This document shows positions 24,755 through 38,319 of a stretch of 64,000 nucleotides of DNA, in pieces. This DNA is from Antedon mediterranea (Eukaryota; Animalia; Echinodermata), in contig NC_092677.1 of assembly GCF_964355755.1 (NCBI RefSeq), positions 10,810,101-10,874,100 of the forward strand, in the 5' to 3' direction. The notes beneath the pieces were generated by a model that ran no database searches, was not told the DNA's origin, and saw only the letters and a list, made by a program, of their open reading frames with translations. Positions within the stretch are counted from its first letter, which is position 1; the number at the start of each line of letters is the position of its first letter. A program made the translations under genes and the position numbers.

Positions 24755-27700
24755 ATGTTGGCACTTGTTAAAAAACCTGACAACTCAGTTGAGGAAATAG
24801 AAATAAATTCAAAACAAGTCGGGCAAGACTGTCTTGATGAGGTAAGTACCTTTTTTCTTAACAGCTGATTGTTGATGTCCACCACCACCACACAGAGAGC
24901 CAGCAGACAACAGCAGCAGTCTGACTCTGAAAAATGCATGTTGTCAATATGAATATGATTGTGAATATTATCTCTGTCTTATAGCATAAGACGTAAATAT
25001 GATATTCTAAAACATTAATGTCAGTGCCTACTAGGCCTAGGCTAGAATAGTAGCATAGGCTATGCATAGCTAGTTACGCAATAATGTCATTTTTATTGGT
25101 TATCTTACCTTGTTTGTTGATTGCGCAATCCAATCCTCCTTTATCTACTCTAGCTAGCCTGGGCCTAGGCCTAGTAGATAGATAGCTAGAGGCTAGAGAG
25201 GCCTGGATATAATAATAATTTAAATATGTTTTTTTGTGATAACATTACTGTTGCTTTTGATAAGATCATCCTTTTTAAAACAAGTAATAGGCCTAGGTAG
25301 TTGTAGACCTAAAGCACTAGCTAGTACAATTTGTTTCCTTTTTTGTAGGTATGCCGGCGAATGAACATTGTTGAAGTTGATTATTTAGGATTAAAAATTG
25401 TGAAGAAAGGAGAAAGAAATTTACAGTGGTTAAATTTAAAAAATCCATTATTGCAACAACTTCAGGGTCATCCAGTTCATTGGCTAGAATTACGAGTCAA
25501 GTACCATGTTGAACCACACTTATTGCAACAAGAAACAACACGGTACGTATTATTTATTATTGTTTTCATTCATCAATTATTATTGCGTTCTTTACATCAA
25601 TTTGTTTACTACATTACAAAAATGATCTCTGTATGCTTAATATGTCATTTATTTGTCAATGTGTTTATGTTAACAACAAATGCTTATTTTTGTTAAATCC
25701 ATCAATCAGTAACTAGAAGCTTAGGGCCTACTAGTTGGAAACAAAATATTTATAGTTTACAATTGTATCTAAATTTTAGAACTTTGGCTATAATATTTAA
25801 TAAAAACAAATCTGTAAACGATTTTTTATATTGTAATACTATAGATTAGGGTTTTTCCATTGCTTTGTTCATGTACAACAATACCTGATAGATAGCACTG
25901 GTACACATGACCAGTGATGTGCAAGATTAGAGCTTATGGTAAATAGTAGCTAATTAACATACAATGCTATCTAACAGATAGTGTAAGTGTCGTTAGACCA
26001 AACACAAATATAGTAATTGCGTCATTATTCATTTCTACATTACTCTAATACAAAATAAAAATTACTAGATTGATTTTTAAAATGATTTTTATTTTAGAGC
26101 ATTTTTGCACTTGTAGTACAGTACAGATATTGATATTTAATATTATGATGAACAATTTACTAGACTACAGGCTAACTCCAGTATTACTAAACATGATATA
26201 ATTTACTTGATTCGGATAGATGAGTTAGTAAAAATTAAAACATGTTTAAATGACTACAGTACTAATGTGATTTATCAATGATTTCTGCGGCGTGTGTAAA
26301 AAAGGAAATAGTATTTCACAATGGTTCCTGCTATTTCAGAATTCTTAAGGTTGCGTGAAAAACATGTTTGTGCATAGTGTTCACTGAACCGTGTCTGTGT
26401 TTAACTCTTTCACTTTCTTCGTACTGTAGCTAGTGTCAATCAGATTGTTTTTTGGTCATAGGATTTCGCAATAGGTTGTATTTTCAATAGATACTCACCA
26501 CATACTGCTCTAGACATTTTAAGTACTGTACTTAAATATTGTGTAAATGAATGAATAGAAAATATCCAAAATAGATTTCTAACATAGTTGCAAAAATCCT
26601 AAAATATGTAGATATTTTGTATTTTATTTTATGTCATTGTAAACTTTGTTGTTACTGTATCTTGATGATTGTGCTTTCTATATATTTTGAATGTGTTATT
26701 TTTAATAAGTCTGATTCTTAAAATGTATATTAATAAAATTGTTTTATTTATTTTTCATTAGGCACCTCTTCTATTTGGATGCCAAGAAATGTTTAGAAAA
26801 TGGCAAACTCTGTGTGCCGAGGAAGAAAGCGGCAGTCATTACAGCTTTAGTCGCTCAAGCAGAACATGGAGACTACAACGTCCAACACCAACAGTATGAC
26901 TTCTGTCCAACAAATGACCTAACGGACGAATTCAAAGTAATGGTCATTACAGAACACAATCGGATGAGGGGCATGCGCCGCTCATCCGCAGAATATAAAC
27001 TCCTGCAAGAGGCATACCCTCTTGAAGATTATGGTCTTGAATTCTGGCACACAGATTTAACAAAAGAAGATAATACTAACATGGCTTGCAGGTTTGGTGT
27101 TGGAAATGTCGGAGTGGTTGTTAGGTGGAAAGATAATGGTACGCCTGTTGAAAAAAGGTACGTTTTTATCAATAAGATTACTTAAAACTTTTGTTTTTAT
27201 GTGTAGTTAATTTTAGTCATACAGGCTGCACGCTATGAAAGTAACCTCTAAAGAGTGAATTTGTGACACTTTGTACTACTACTAGTGTTATACTAAAAAA
27301 AAGAATACAAATTCAGTACCATTGGTTGTAAAATTCATAGTAAATACCAAGCCGGTGTTGTTAAACTTGAAGAGTATATTGCTAATAGACTAATGAAAAT
27401 TGTAATAATAATAAATAACAATTAACATAGTAATGGAAAAATTAATCTTAATCAGGGAAGAGTTACATTACACTCTTCTCAGTTTTAATTAACAAAGACA
27501 AATACAATTAATTCTCAATAAATTAGAAGAGATGATTAAAATGTTAACATTTAAGAAACATATTAGATATAAAACCATAAAAACATGTACTGTAACTTGT
27601 AAGTACAAACAAACAGTACAATGAAACTTCTAAATTCTGACTATTACACATTGAAATCTTGGGAGTTTTGTACAATACTTTGCACCTAGAATACATGTAA

Positions 27701-30340
27701 GCCCTGACTACAAAAACATTAAAATTACACTGTACTTTCCTTACAATGAAATAAAATAAATAATGACATGACAGCTGATGTATACACAGATATGATACAA
27801 ACATTTGTAAACAGTTCAAAGAGCAGATAAGGTTTTCAATGTTACACTCAGATGTGTTTTAAAAGGATAACAAGAAAAAAGAATAGGAAAACTCAGTTCA
27901 AAATGCTTTTAACGTAACAATGAAACAAGTAAAATCAAAGGCTTATTGTAGAGTATAAACAGCTGATAGTGAAGGCTAGAGAATAACCAATGTGTTAAAG
28001 GGTTAGTAATGAGGATTAGTCATAACGTTTCACATGCTGCGTCACATATTAATGCATCAGCTACTCATGCTGCAAACTCACAAAGGCAACTTGAGCTAAA
28101 CTGCTGCTGCTGCAACTGACCTGGGGAACCAGTAAGAAAACTGTCTTTGTTTCCTCACTTTCTTGTTCAAAAATGAAATACAGGATTATTAATTATGCAT
28201 TCATACTAGAAAAACATTGCATACAACTTTGAAATTGCATGCTTGATTTTTTATAAAATCTGTTTAATATTATTTTATATAATAAGAACACTAAATAATA
28301 ATAATACAGACAAATTTGGCATAACATTCAATATAATTATTTACAATTTAAAAAAACTAACTTTATATGAATCAAATTTATAATCTTCCTTGCAGTACAC
28401 TGAACATACTTAACTAATAACACATTATCATTAATAGCTTTTAGGAAAAATGTCTTCTTTACCAATTTAATATCAAAGCTTATTAGATTAATTTCATAAT
28501 ACACTAAAGCTCTGTCTACACTATGAAACTATATGTGACAAAAAATCTGATGTGCCCATATGAACATGATAATGTCATATTACTGTACTACCAAATGTTG
28601 GGCATACTGTATCACTACCATATTTGGGTATATTGCACTTGTTTTGTCAAACTAGTTTGGTAGTGTAGACCGAGCTTTAGATTTGGCTATCATTATATTA
28701 ATAAGGTATAATTGTACATTATTATGACTACAGTACAGTGAATACTGTAAATATATTTTAAAAATAACAGTTAATTTAAAAGTAATAATTATGTGAAATG
28801 AATTGGTAACAAAGTAAGTAAAAAACACAATGACCAAAAAGACGTATGCATTGTTAAGCAGAAGGGTCATTGGCTTTTTCCACACAATCATCTCTATTTG
28901 ACCTTGAAATAATCCGACAACAATCAATCAATTATGACAAAAAATTTGGTACTATTAAAATTTAAGCAAATATTCCAGTCTTCAGGTGTTGTACAGTAAA
29001 CCTCCAACAAAAATATTAAACAGATGGCAAACATTTTTGTGTAGAAATCTTATTATTTGCAGAGAATGTGTACTCTGATGTGGAAATGATTTTTTTCGCC
29101 ATAATAGCAATTATGCAATGTATCTATTTTTAGCGCTGTTGCCAACTCATAGTCTTTATCTATAAGTTTGGTAACATCCATTTTAATCAGAGGGGGTGTG
29201 ATTGCTTTTAGATAATAATGTTTAAAAAAAGTAAATATTCTATTGTTTATTTATCAGAATAAACAAATATTTTAAAAATGATATTGTTGATCAAAAGATA
29301 CAGTAAATAGGTATAAATAGTTCTGGAAATTACCTATCGATAATTTATTTTACTCTAGCTACACAGATGATAATGCCTTAGTCCACAGGAAATTTCTGCT
29401 AGCATGCAACACTAAATTCCATGCTTTTGAACTCTTCTTAAGGTTACATCATAAATAAATTTTGAACTTCACCAAGAAAAAAATCAATTATATTTATTTA
29501 TATTTAGTCTTTAAAATATACAGTACAAATACTATTGTAATTATTTAAGTATGTACAAATTTAAACCTTTAATTTTATACTGAATATCCAATATTTATAT
29601 TTTTGTATGTATTTTATATAATGATCATGAAACTGTATAGGTAAATAAGATAATAAATAAATAAAAAATAAATTACAACAAATATGAAAAAGTAATTACT
29701 TTAGCAGTGCTGTAATCACTAATTATAGTGACTCTTTTTTTTAAATTATAGAATTTTATACAGTGCATTAGTGGGCAGTGGAACAGACGGAAGGTACTGT
29801 GATATTTCATTTAGAACGGACGATTATGACACCGATAGCATGCGATTCAAATTTGGCAATAAAGAACAAGCAGAAGGATTTTACAGAGCTATTATAGAGT
29901 CCTTAACATTTTTCGATCGAGATACAGTCTCTGAAGAAGTACTTGGTCAGTTTACAAGAGATTTGAAAGGTACATTAGCGTCGTTGTTTAAAGAGAAAAC
30001 GACAGTTGGTAAAAAGTACATGTTTGATATTAGAAGGACAGCAAAAGAAGTGTATGACTACACGAGAAGACAATTATTTGTAACTGAAAGTAAAAATCCC
30101 TTTGCAAATATTCCAGAGGACGGACTCAACATTGATCTTGATAAACCAACGGACGATAGTTTCAAAACGAAAGAGGAGGAAATACTGATATGTCGTATTT
30201 GTATGGTCGCTTGTATCGACACGGTGTTTCAGTGCGGACACATCAGTTGCCAAGATTGTGCGAGGAGGTTAAATGAATGTCACATGTGCAAAGGAAGCGT
30301 TGATCCAGCCATTCACATATATTTGCCAACATCGTCATGA
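24755..30340 (+). CDS. MYLIP: FERM + RING E3 ubiquitin ligase MYLIP/IDOL, ~421 aa (in-frame upstream ATG at 24710 would add 15 aa)
   Basis: Exons 24755-24841, 25349-25542, 26762-27157, 29752-30340. FERM motifs (IVEVDYLGL, QWLNLKN, LRVKYHVEPHLLQQETTRHLFY), QFTRDLKGTLASLF, KKYMFDIRRT, C-terminal C3HC4 RING CRICM...CGH..C..C....CHMC. Probable non-coding exon with donor at 24423. Confidence 0.93.
28507..28677. mobile_element. Full copy of the AAGCTCTGTCTACAC MITE in a MYLIP intron
   Basis: TA|AAGCTCTGTCTACACTATGAAACT ... AGTTTGGTAGTGTAGACCGAGCTT|TA. Confidence 0.85.
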
Positions 30341-32878
30341 GCTGGGGGCAAAAACTGATGCTCATACCACCTTGACTGTTGTGATGGCAACTGTAAACAA
30401 ATGTGAATGATGTTTATACAGACTCCATCCAGACTGTTTAATATAATGTGCAATGATGCTGTTCCTCTGTCAAAGACTAGTCAGAACTCCTGTATATTCT
30501 ACTGCAGAATAAATACTTGAAATTTCACATTTCATGATAATATACAGATCTTGTGTGTGATGTTGTCCTATAGTGTGAATGAAACCCTTGTTCAAATGTT
30601 TTTTCTATTAGAAAGAATATGTACTGTACATGGTCACAATGCAAAGCTTGGGTTGCTCAACCAATGCATTTTATTAGATTTTTTAACCCCTTGTTTTCAT
30701 ATAAAGTAGTCTTAATAAAAAGTCCCTGTTTGTAAATATAGAGATATAATTATTTAATAATGTGATCCTTTTGTCCTAATTGTTAATATGTAATACCTGT
30801 ACAAAACGCCCTGTACAAACTCAACCTAAAATGCAATGCAAGTTTGTATGAAATATTTTGATAAAAAATAATATATTTGTTGTAGATAATTGATCGGTTA
30901 ACTTAAGGAAGAAAAACGTGGAGAGTTAAAGGCAAAAGTTAGTACCGTTTTTTAAGTTGCGAAGGTAGTTTCTTTTTTAAACATTAAGTACATTAGATCA
31001 TAAGATTGATTAATTTACTAGCATTCCAGTGTTTCCTTTACAAACTTTTGTTTGCTTAATTATTTTGCATTCATCCATTATATGGAAAAAAGTATTTGTT
31101 TTATATATTTTAGTACAGTATTACAGTAATAAAGTTCCTTAACAAAACTGATTATTTAGAATTGTGTAAATCTACAGATTTGAAACCATTATTCGCTTCA
31201 TTATTTTGGGTACTATGCAAAACTACCATAAAATTTACCGTAATAATTTGTGAAAATATCTTAAATTATGTTAATTAGAAAAAAAAACTTTTCTTCTATT
31301 GCAGTAGAAAAAGTAGTTTTTTTACATTTTAAAGAATATGTTTTGCATAAGGGAGTTTATTTTGGTTAAATATTGACCAAGAATTTTGACCAAAGGAGAA
31401 ACATTTTTATTTCAAGAAAAAAAAATGTTTTCCACACAAATTTTAGGATTGTAGAAATAGTTTTAATGCCTGTGTATATGATAAAAGAAAGTAAATTTTG
31501 ATACGAATGCGATAGTATTATATATTAATTTATTATTTTCCCGCGGTAACCATTTTTGTATTGTTTGTGAAAACCTGAAATTCTCCTGTAATGTAAGGAT
31601 TCAATGTTATTGTCTTGTTATGTTCTTGCTTGCTCATCTCATATAGATGTAGTCAAGCTATTTGTTTATTTTACCATTTGTCATAGTTTCTTTTGTGAAA
31701 TTAAATAAATGAAAACGAAAATTGTACTACTTTATTTGGGTGTTGCTTATCATTTTTGGTGATTGTTAAAATACAAGATGAAGCTATTTATTTGGACTGG
31801 TTACTTTTATTTGATACAAATATTACTTCATTATAAAAGAAAATCATGAATAATGATATTTGCTTTGTGAGTTTGGTATGAGGATGTCAATGGGCATCTA
31901 ATGTTGGTGGTATCTCTCTCTTGTCTATCTGGTACCATTTTTAAGCACCTTTCGAGCACAGCGAGGGTTACCCGGCAGACTCTCATTTTCTTTGACTTCA
32001 GGTAACTCCCTACACAATTACTTAGTCAGATATTGGTACCAACTAGGTCATTTAACCAAAGGTCTCTGGGCTGCCTATGTACATCACATTGTAGATTAGT
32101 CTTCTCAGACTACTAGAGGGCGCCCTATACATTTATTTAAACGTCTTAAACTAGGTTTGGTACAGTACAGATATGCCTATGTTAACAATGTTCTATTACA
32201 TGAAGTACCATCGCCCTAAAATCAGTAGGCTGCGTTTGGCGGCCGTAGAAATAATTTATTCAATCGTGGAATGTAATAACCATATTAATTTTATATATGA
32301 TTTCCCTTTCTTTGTGATTTTTTTTATCACTTTCTAGTCTAAGACTACAGAAAATAAACTTTTTTCTGTAATTTACTTGCAATATTTTATGTAACAATGT
32401 AACTATATATTGCTAAATAAATGAATCTGAATTGAGTATGGAATATTATTAATATTAACTATATTTCGTAACATGATTTTAACAACACTTGCGGTATGGA
32501 AATGATTACAAATAAAATGATTATACAATTTACTGACACCGCAATTATGCGTACGTGATGATAACACGGCCGCCGGACATTCCAGGATCCAACGTGTCAC
32601 TTTTAACGCATCATTTTGTGGTCAAAATTTGTCTTCCCGTGTTTATTTAACGAATTAAAAGCATGAATACATTTTACCCATGAAAGGTACGTGAAACAAT
32701 ACTGTTTACATAGAGGGCGGTACGTTATATACGCAAGTAAATGGGGTAGCCTACTCTAATGTATAATTTAATATATAACTACATAACTTATTATTCATTA
32801 AATTGTTCTTCATTCCAACGATTTTCATCGTTAATATCTGTATGATACGATCTAGTCTCATCTAATTTGTCTTCATCA

Positions 32879-35800
32879 TCACCATAATACGTCCACCTCC
32901 CCCTCCTCCATGTCCATTTGTTCTACACTCGGAGCTGTCGGGATAACCACCACTACATTTTTATCGACATCTCTATTAACAGCCTTCATTATCATGTAAC
33001 TTATTAATATGAAAAGAAAGAATGTCACTAAGCAGACGACGATGGTGATGGTAATAACTACTCCCAGTTGTCTGGTGCCTTCTGGACTGGAGGGGTTATA
33101 GCTGTTTTGTGCCTCAGCTGAAATCAAACAAAATAGTTCATAGTGTGTGTTGACCTGGGCCTCCCTGATAATAATAAAAAATAAAGTTGAATTTGAATTG
33201 AAGCTTGGTTTCCACGTAAGCGCGCGCACCGTAAGTAATTTGACCAATCGCGATGGATAACCACGGCATGTCGCTTGTGATTGGTCAAATCTTGTGAACT
33301 GCTGCAACAATACATGGGGATCAGTAACATAACGTAGACCTAAAGCCTTGAATTACACTCGAAAACTACATTTGTTATTGAACAGTGCTATTATATTAAC
33401 AGAAAGTAGGCCTAATGTAATCGTCATGCTCTCCTCTTACCCTCGCATAGGTCACCCTCAAATCCCGCATCACAGGTACACACACGGTTACCACTCTTCC
33501 TTATTTGACAACGACCATTGTTTTGACAGGGCTGGCTTGAACACGCATCACCTTGGATATAAAGAAAAACTTAATTTAATATTTTACGTAATTTTACAAC
33601 GAAGACATATCGTAGTAAGCCTTATATAAAATATTAGGGGCCCGCTCATGCTTACTTAGCGGGTAAGTTGGTGTTATGAGCCAATTATCTCTCTCTTTTG
33701 ATGTTAGGTCACCATAGCATGATGGATGAATCGGGTCCAAGGTAACTTTAAGTTTCCATTAAGTCACGTCTCATATCTAAATTGATGACTATTATAGGCC
33801 TTTTGTTGTTATTATATTGGCCATTGATTCCAATAAGCTTCATTATCATACAGTCATATATATTTGTTAATACATTTATATAAAATGTGATTATAATTTT
33901 TTCTTAGTTTCGTTTATTTTCACTTTTGAAAAGAAAACCCGAGTCGAGTATATTAACGAACAGAAAAACCTATTAATTTTCTTGTTGAAAAGCGACCTCT
34001 CCAGTAAAAAAAAAACCCACCTTGACAATCCACACCCGCGTCTCTTTGATGACTACACAACTCAGAATCAGGATTTTTAGTGTACGTGCATTCACTTAGA
34101 TTGCTTTCACTGCCGTTGCATTTAAAGCCTGCAAAACCCACAGTTCCGGTACCTTCACCGAACCTATAATATTCAACAAATAATCAAATAATTAAAAACT
34201 GTGTTTTAGTAATTTTAAAAAGTCGAATGTGAACAATTATTCGTTTATCTGATTATAATATCCCCCTCACTAACTTTGTTAAAATATCACATCTAAATGC
34301 GTTACATTTTGTAAGGTGAAACGCTTCGTGCGTTTAGCATACAAAAGTATGATACAGTACTTACAAAGCTTTGCGTACAGCAACGGCTCTAGTTTGTTCA
34401 AGTCGGCCTGTAAAATGACGACAGGCAACTTCTGCATCGTTATCATCCCATGCTTCGTCGCAAACGGTGACCCAGTTGCCATCCATATACAGCTCAACAC
34501 GACCTTCAGTATCACTCTCAGATAAACGAATATCATAGTCTAAATTAGAGGCATTATTACTAAATTAGTCAAACATTGACATAATGATAAATTTTAAAAA
34601 GCTGAAAACTTAAGATAAGCATGGTAATGGAGGAGATGATGGTGAAAATGAGAACGTTGTTGATAATTAGACAGGTTATAGTGTCGAAGGACTTTGAGGA
34701 TAGTGATGAGTAAGCTCTGTCTTTTATGAAACTATACTTTTAAAAAAGTACCCAAATATGGTAGTGATATGACCAAATATGATGGTGATATGACATCATC
34801 ATGTCCGTTATGGCCACATCAAATTTTTTGTCACATAAAGTTTGATAGTGTAGACAGAAATTATAAGGAATGATGAAGATTGGCCCACGCTGTACATGCT
34901 GGGAGAGTGAGAATAATAATAATAAATAATAAGTGAGTAAAATAAAAACAACATAGTTTGACCCCCAAAAATCGTGTCCATAAATGGGAACATCACAAAG
35001 TATTATGTGTAGACAGAGCGTACTACCTTTAAAGCATCGTATCCCAGCAACCTGCGCACCAAGACAATCCTGAGCCTCTACCTTGACCGATTCAAATTTA
35101 CACTTCGTCAGATTCTCTTCGTCTCCATTACAATCAAATTCATAGTAGTGTATTCTATCTTTCCAGCCACTGAACTGAAAGTTCCTAACGAAAAAAAACC
35201 TTATTATAACACAAGAATGAAATCTCGTGGGAATGAGATTCATATCATCTGATTAGAATTGTACTCATTATATGTAGGCTACGTACCTAGTCTGGGTTCC
35301 AGACGGAGTTGTCTTAATATTAGTAAAAAGATAAATATTTTTGAACATGGATTACGGCGTTTTATACGTATACGTAATAAATAAAAATAAAGACAATGAA
35401 TACAGACTTGGGGCAAGTCTTTGTACGTACCCATTGACCCACTCACAATTGGATTTCTCCACACTAAGAACGAACACAAATGTGAACTTCAACCCAATCA
35501 TCGGACAACCACCCACCACCGGGATAATAGTGGTACCATGGTCGATTCAATGCTTGGTAGGTAGGCCTACGCACTACTACGACGCAGCGCAAGGACATAG
35601 ACGCAACGCAAGCGAACTGATCAACCGAGGATCCACCACCGCGTCTTATGATTGGTCAAAGGTCATGTACTTAATGTAATAGTTCTTACTGAGAGCCAAC
35701 ATATGCAATTCCTGAATTGCCGAGACCTAGCTGTCTACAGGCGACTGCTGCATCCTTGTCGTCCCACATGTAACCGCATATCCTGCCTTCACATTCCGTT

Positions 35801-36448
35801 TCATATTTACTGTCTATTAGTGTGACAATGAATCCCTCGTAATCAGTCCCTCCTCGCAAAGATATTGTAAATTCTGCTTCAAACGAATAATTATTTAAAA
35901 AAATATTTGAAGGTAAGATCGAGGGGGAAGGGGGGTTGACGGATAAGGGAATTAAAATGAAACATCGGTTTATATCGAATATAAACGTTGATATTGTGGA
36001 AGTACTAAGTATTGAAAGAAAAAAACAATTCTCTGTGCTTATCTACACTATCAAACTAGTTTGACAAAAAAGGTGTGATGTGCTCAAATATTATATGCTT
36101 TAAATATCATCGTCATAATATATGGGAAATTTTTTTTTGATAGTGTATACAAGGCTTGAGATGATTTCATCTACAAACTTGTTATGTATTAAAAAATAAC
36201 AAAATATTGAGGATGGGTTGTTGTGGTTCATAGTAATATAAACTATAAGTAAAGTATTGTCAAAAAATCTATAATACAGCAAGCCTATTAACGTTTTTAA
36301 AACTTGGACATACTACTGACAGTATGCCTGACTAATTTAATGTAATTTGAGTTCATTCTACCTGAGAGTGACGTAATACAATGTACCTACCTGTCTGTCC
36401 ATTGACTAATACCAATAAGTTGGCCAAGAACGCAGACAAAGTGCGCAT
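32879..36448 (-). CDS. SRCR-SRCR-EGF type I membrane receptor, copy A (~355 aa; tail truncated by frameshift)
   Basis: Exons 36448-36391, 35873-35690, 35184-35027, 34539-34365, 34163-34021, 33551-33441, 33117-32879, all GT-AG and in frame. Signal peptide, two SRCR domains (GRIC.YMWDD.DAAVACRQLG; EGRVELYMDGNWVTVCDE), EGF (CSSQPCQNNGRC...CTCDAGFEGDLC), TM helix, early TGA at 32879. Confidence 0.8.
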
Positions 36449-36925
36449 CTTCAAATACAAATATAGATCAACTATTATTATACTCTACCGTCTGATATTT
36501 ACAGTTGTAATAATATTCTACCAGTAATCATCAGAAACAATGGTAAGACCGAAATGACGATGAATTATTGCAGTCCAGAGGTGGTTCTTCCGATTACGCA
36601 TAAGGAGGCTATGACAAAGCCAAAACAGTAACACAAATACAAATTTATTTCTTTATTAAGTATAAATATCAGTAATTTTATAATAAAATAATATCAATAT
36701 ACATATTTTACACTTTCACACAAATTTTAACATTTCACCACACGTCAATTATTCATTTATAATTATTTGAATTATATGCTTTTTATTCAAATTGTTTGAG
36801 CGCATTTCCTACATCGTCACAGAAACGGGCGTGGTATTATTGGGAATTCATTCATATGACTTGGTCAGAAAAAAGCTATTTTCATTCCAAAAAATTCCCT
36901 ATTACTTCAAAACACACACACACAC

Positions 36926-37108
36926 AAATTATAGAATTGATACTGTTCATTAGTAGGCACTGTGGAACAGACGGAAGGTACTGCGATATTTCATTTAGAA
37001 CGGACGATTATGACACCGACAGCATGCGATTCAAATTTGGCTATAAAGAACAAGAAGGCTTTTACAGAGCTAATATACTAGAGTCCTTAACGTTTTTTGA
37101 TCGAGATA
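36926..37108 (+). pseudogene. Duplicated, degenerate fragment of MYLIP last coding exon
   Basis: Near copy of 29744-29923 (GTDGRYCDISFRTDDYDTDSMRFKFG) with indels, fused directly to a copy of the distal MYLIP 3' region (from ~31664). It lacks the RING and all upstream exons. Confidence 0.9.
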
Positions 37109-38319
37109 TTTATTTTACCATTTGTCATAGTTTCTTTGTGAAATTAAATAAATGAAAACGAACATTTTATTACTTGATTTTTTGCTTATCATTTTTGGTG
37201 ATTGTTAAAATACAAGATGAAGCCATTTATTTGGACTGGTTGCTTTTATTTGATACAAAAATTACTTCATTATAAAAGAAAATCATGAATAGTGATATTT
37301 GCTTTGTGAATTTGGTATAAGGATGTCAATGGGCATCTAATGGTGGTATCTCTTGTCTATCTGGTTTTTAAACACCTTTCGTGGCACCCCTGGTCTATGC
37401 ACAGTAGGGGGTCCCCAGCAGACTCCCATTTTCTCAATAGGGTTGGTGAACATCAGTCCAAAATACGCAGAATTTTTTCCAAAATACGTCAAGTTGAGGG
37501 CGCTCATTTTCTTTGACTTCAGGTAACTCCCTACACAATTACTTAGTCAGATATTGGTACCTGGTCATCTAACCAAATGTCTCTGGGCTGCCTGTCTATT
37601 ATATAAATTATTATTGTAGATTAATCTCACATTGTAGATTAGTCCTCTCAGACTGCTAGAGGGCGCCCTATACATTTATTTGAACTAAGGTATAGATATG
37701 TTTAATGTTAGTTCCATTAAATAAAGTACCATCGCCCTAAAATCAGTAGGCTGCGTTTGGCGGCCGTAGAAATAATTTATTCAATCGTGGAATGTAATAA
37801 CCATATTAATTTTACACATGATTTCCCTTTCTTGTGATTTTTTTTCTCACTTTCTAGTCTAAGACTAGCCTACAGAAAATAAACGTTTCTTCGTAAGCTA
37901 CCGGCAATATTTTATGTAACAATTGTAACCATATATTGCTAAATAAATCTGAATTAAATATGGAATATTACTAATTAAGCTATATTTCGTAAAAGGATTT
38001 TAACACTTGCGGCATATGATGATTACAAATAAAACGATTATACAATTACTGACACCGCAACATAATTATGCGTACGTGATGATATACACGGCCGCCGGAG
38101 ACGCATATCGAACAAACAAACAGGATCGAACGCGTTCATTTAACCATTATATCTTCTCGTCTTTATTTAAACGAATTAAAAGCATGAATACATTTTACCC
38201 ATGATAAAAAAGGGTACGTGAAACAATACTGTTTACATAGAGGGCGGTACGGTATATGGGCAAGTAAAATGGGGTAGCCTACTCTAATGTATAATTTAAT
38301 ATTATAACTACATAACTTA

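Noticed and set aside
36796-37155. 119-aa ORF as a second MYLIP gene
   Set aside because: Chance read-through into a duplicated exon fragment; non-ATG start, no upstream exons, no RING.
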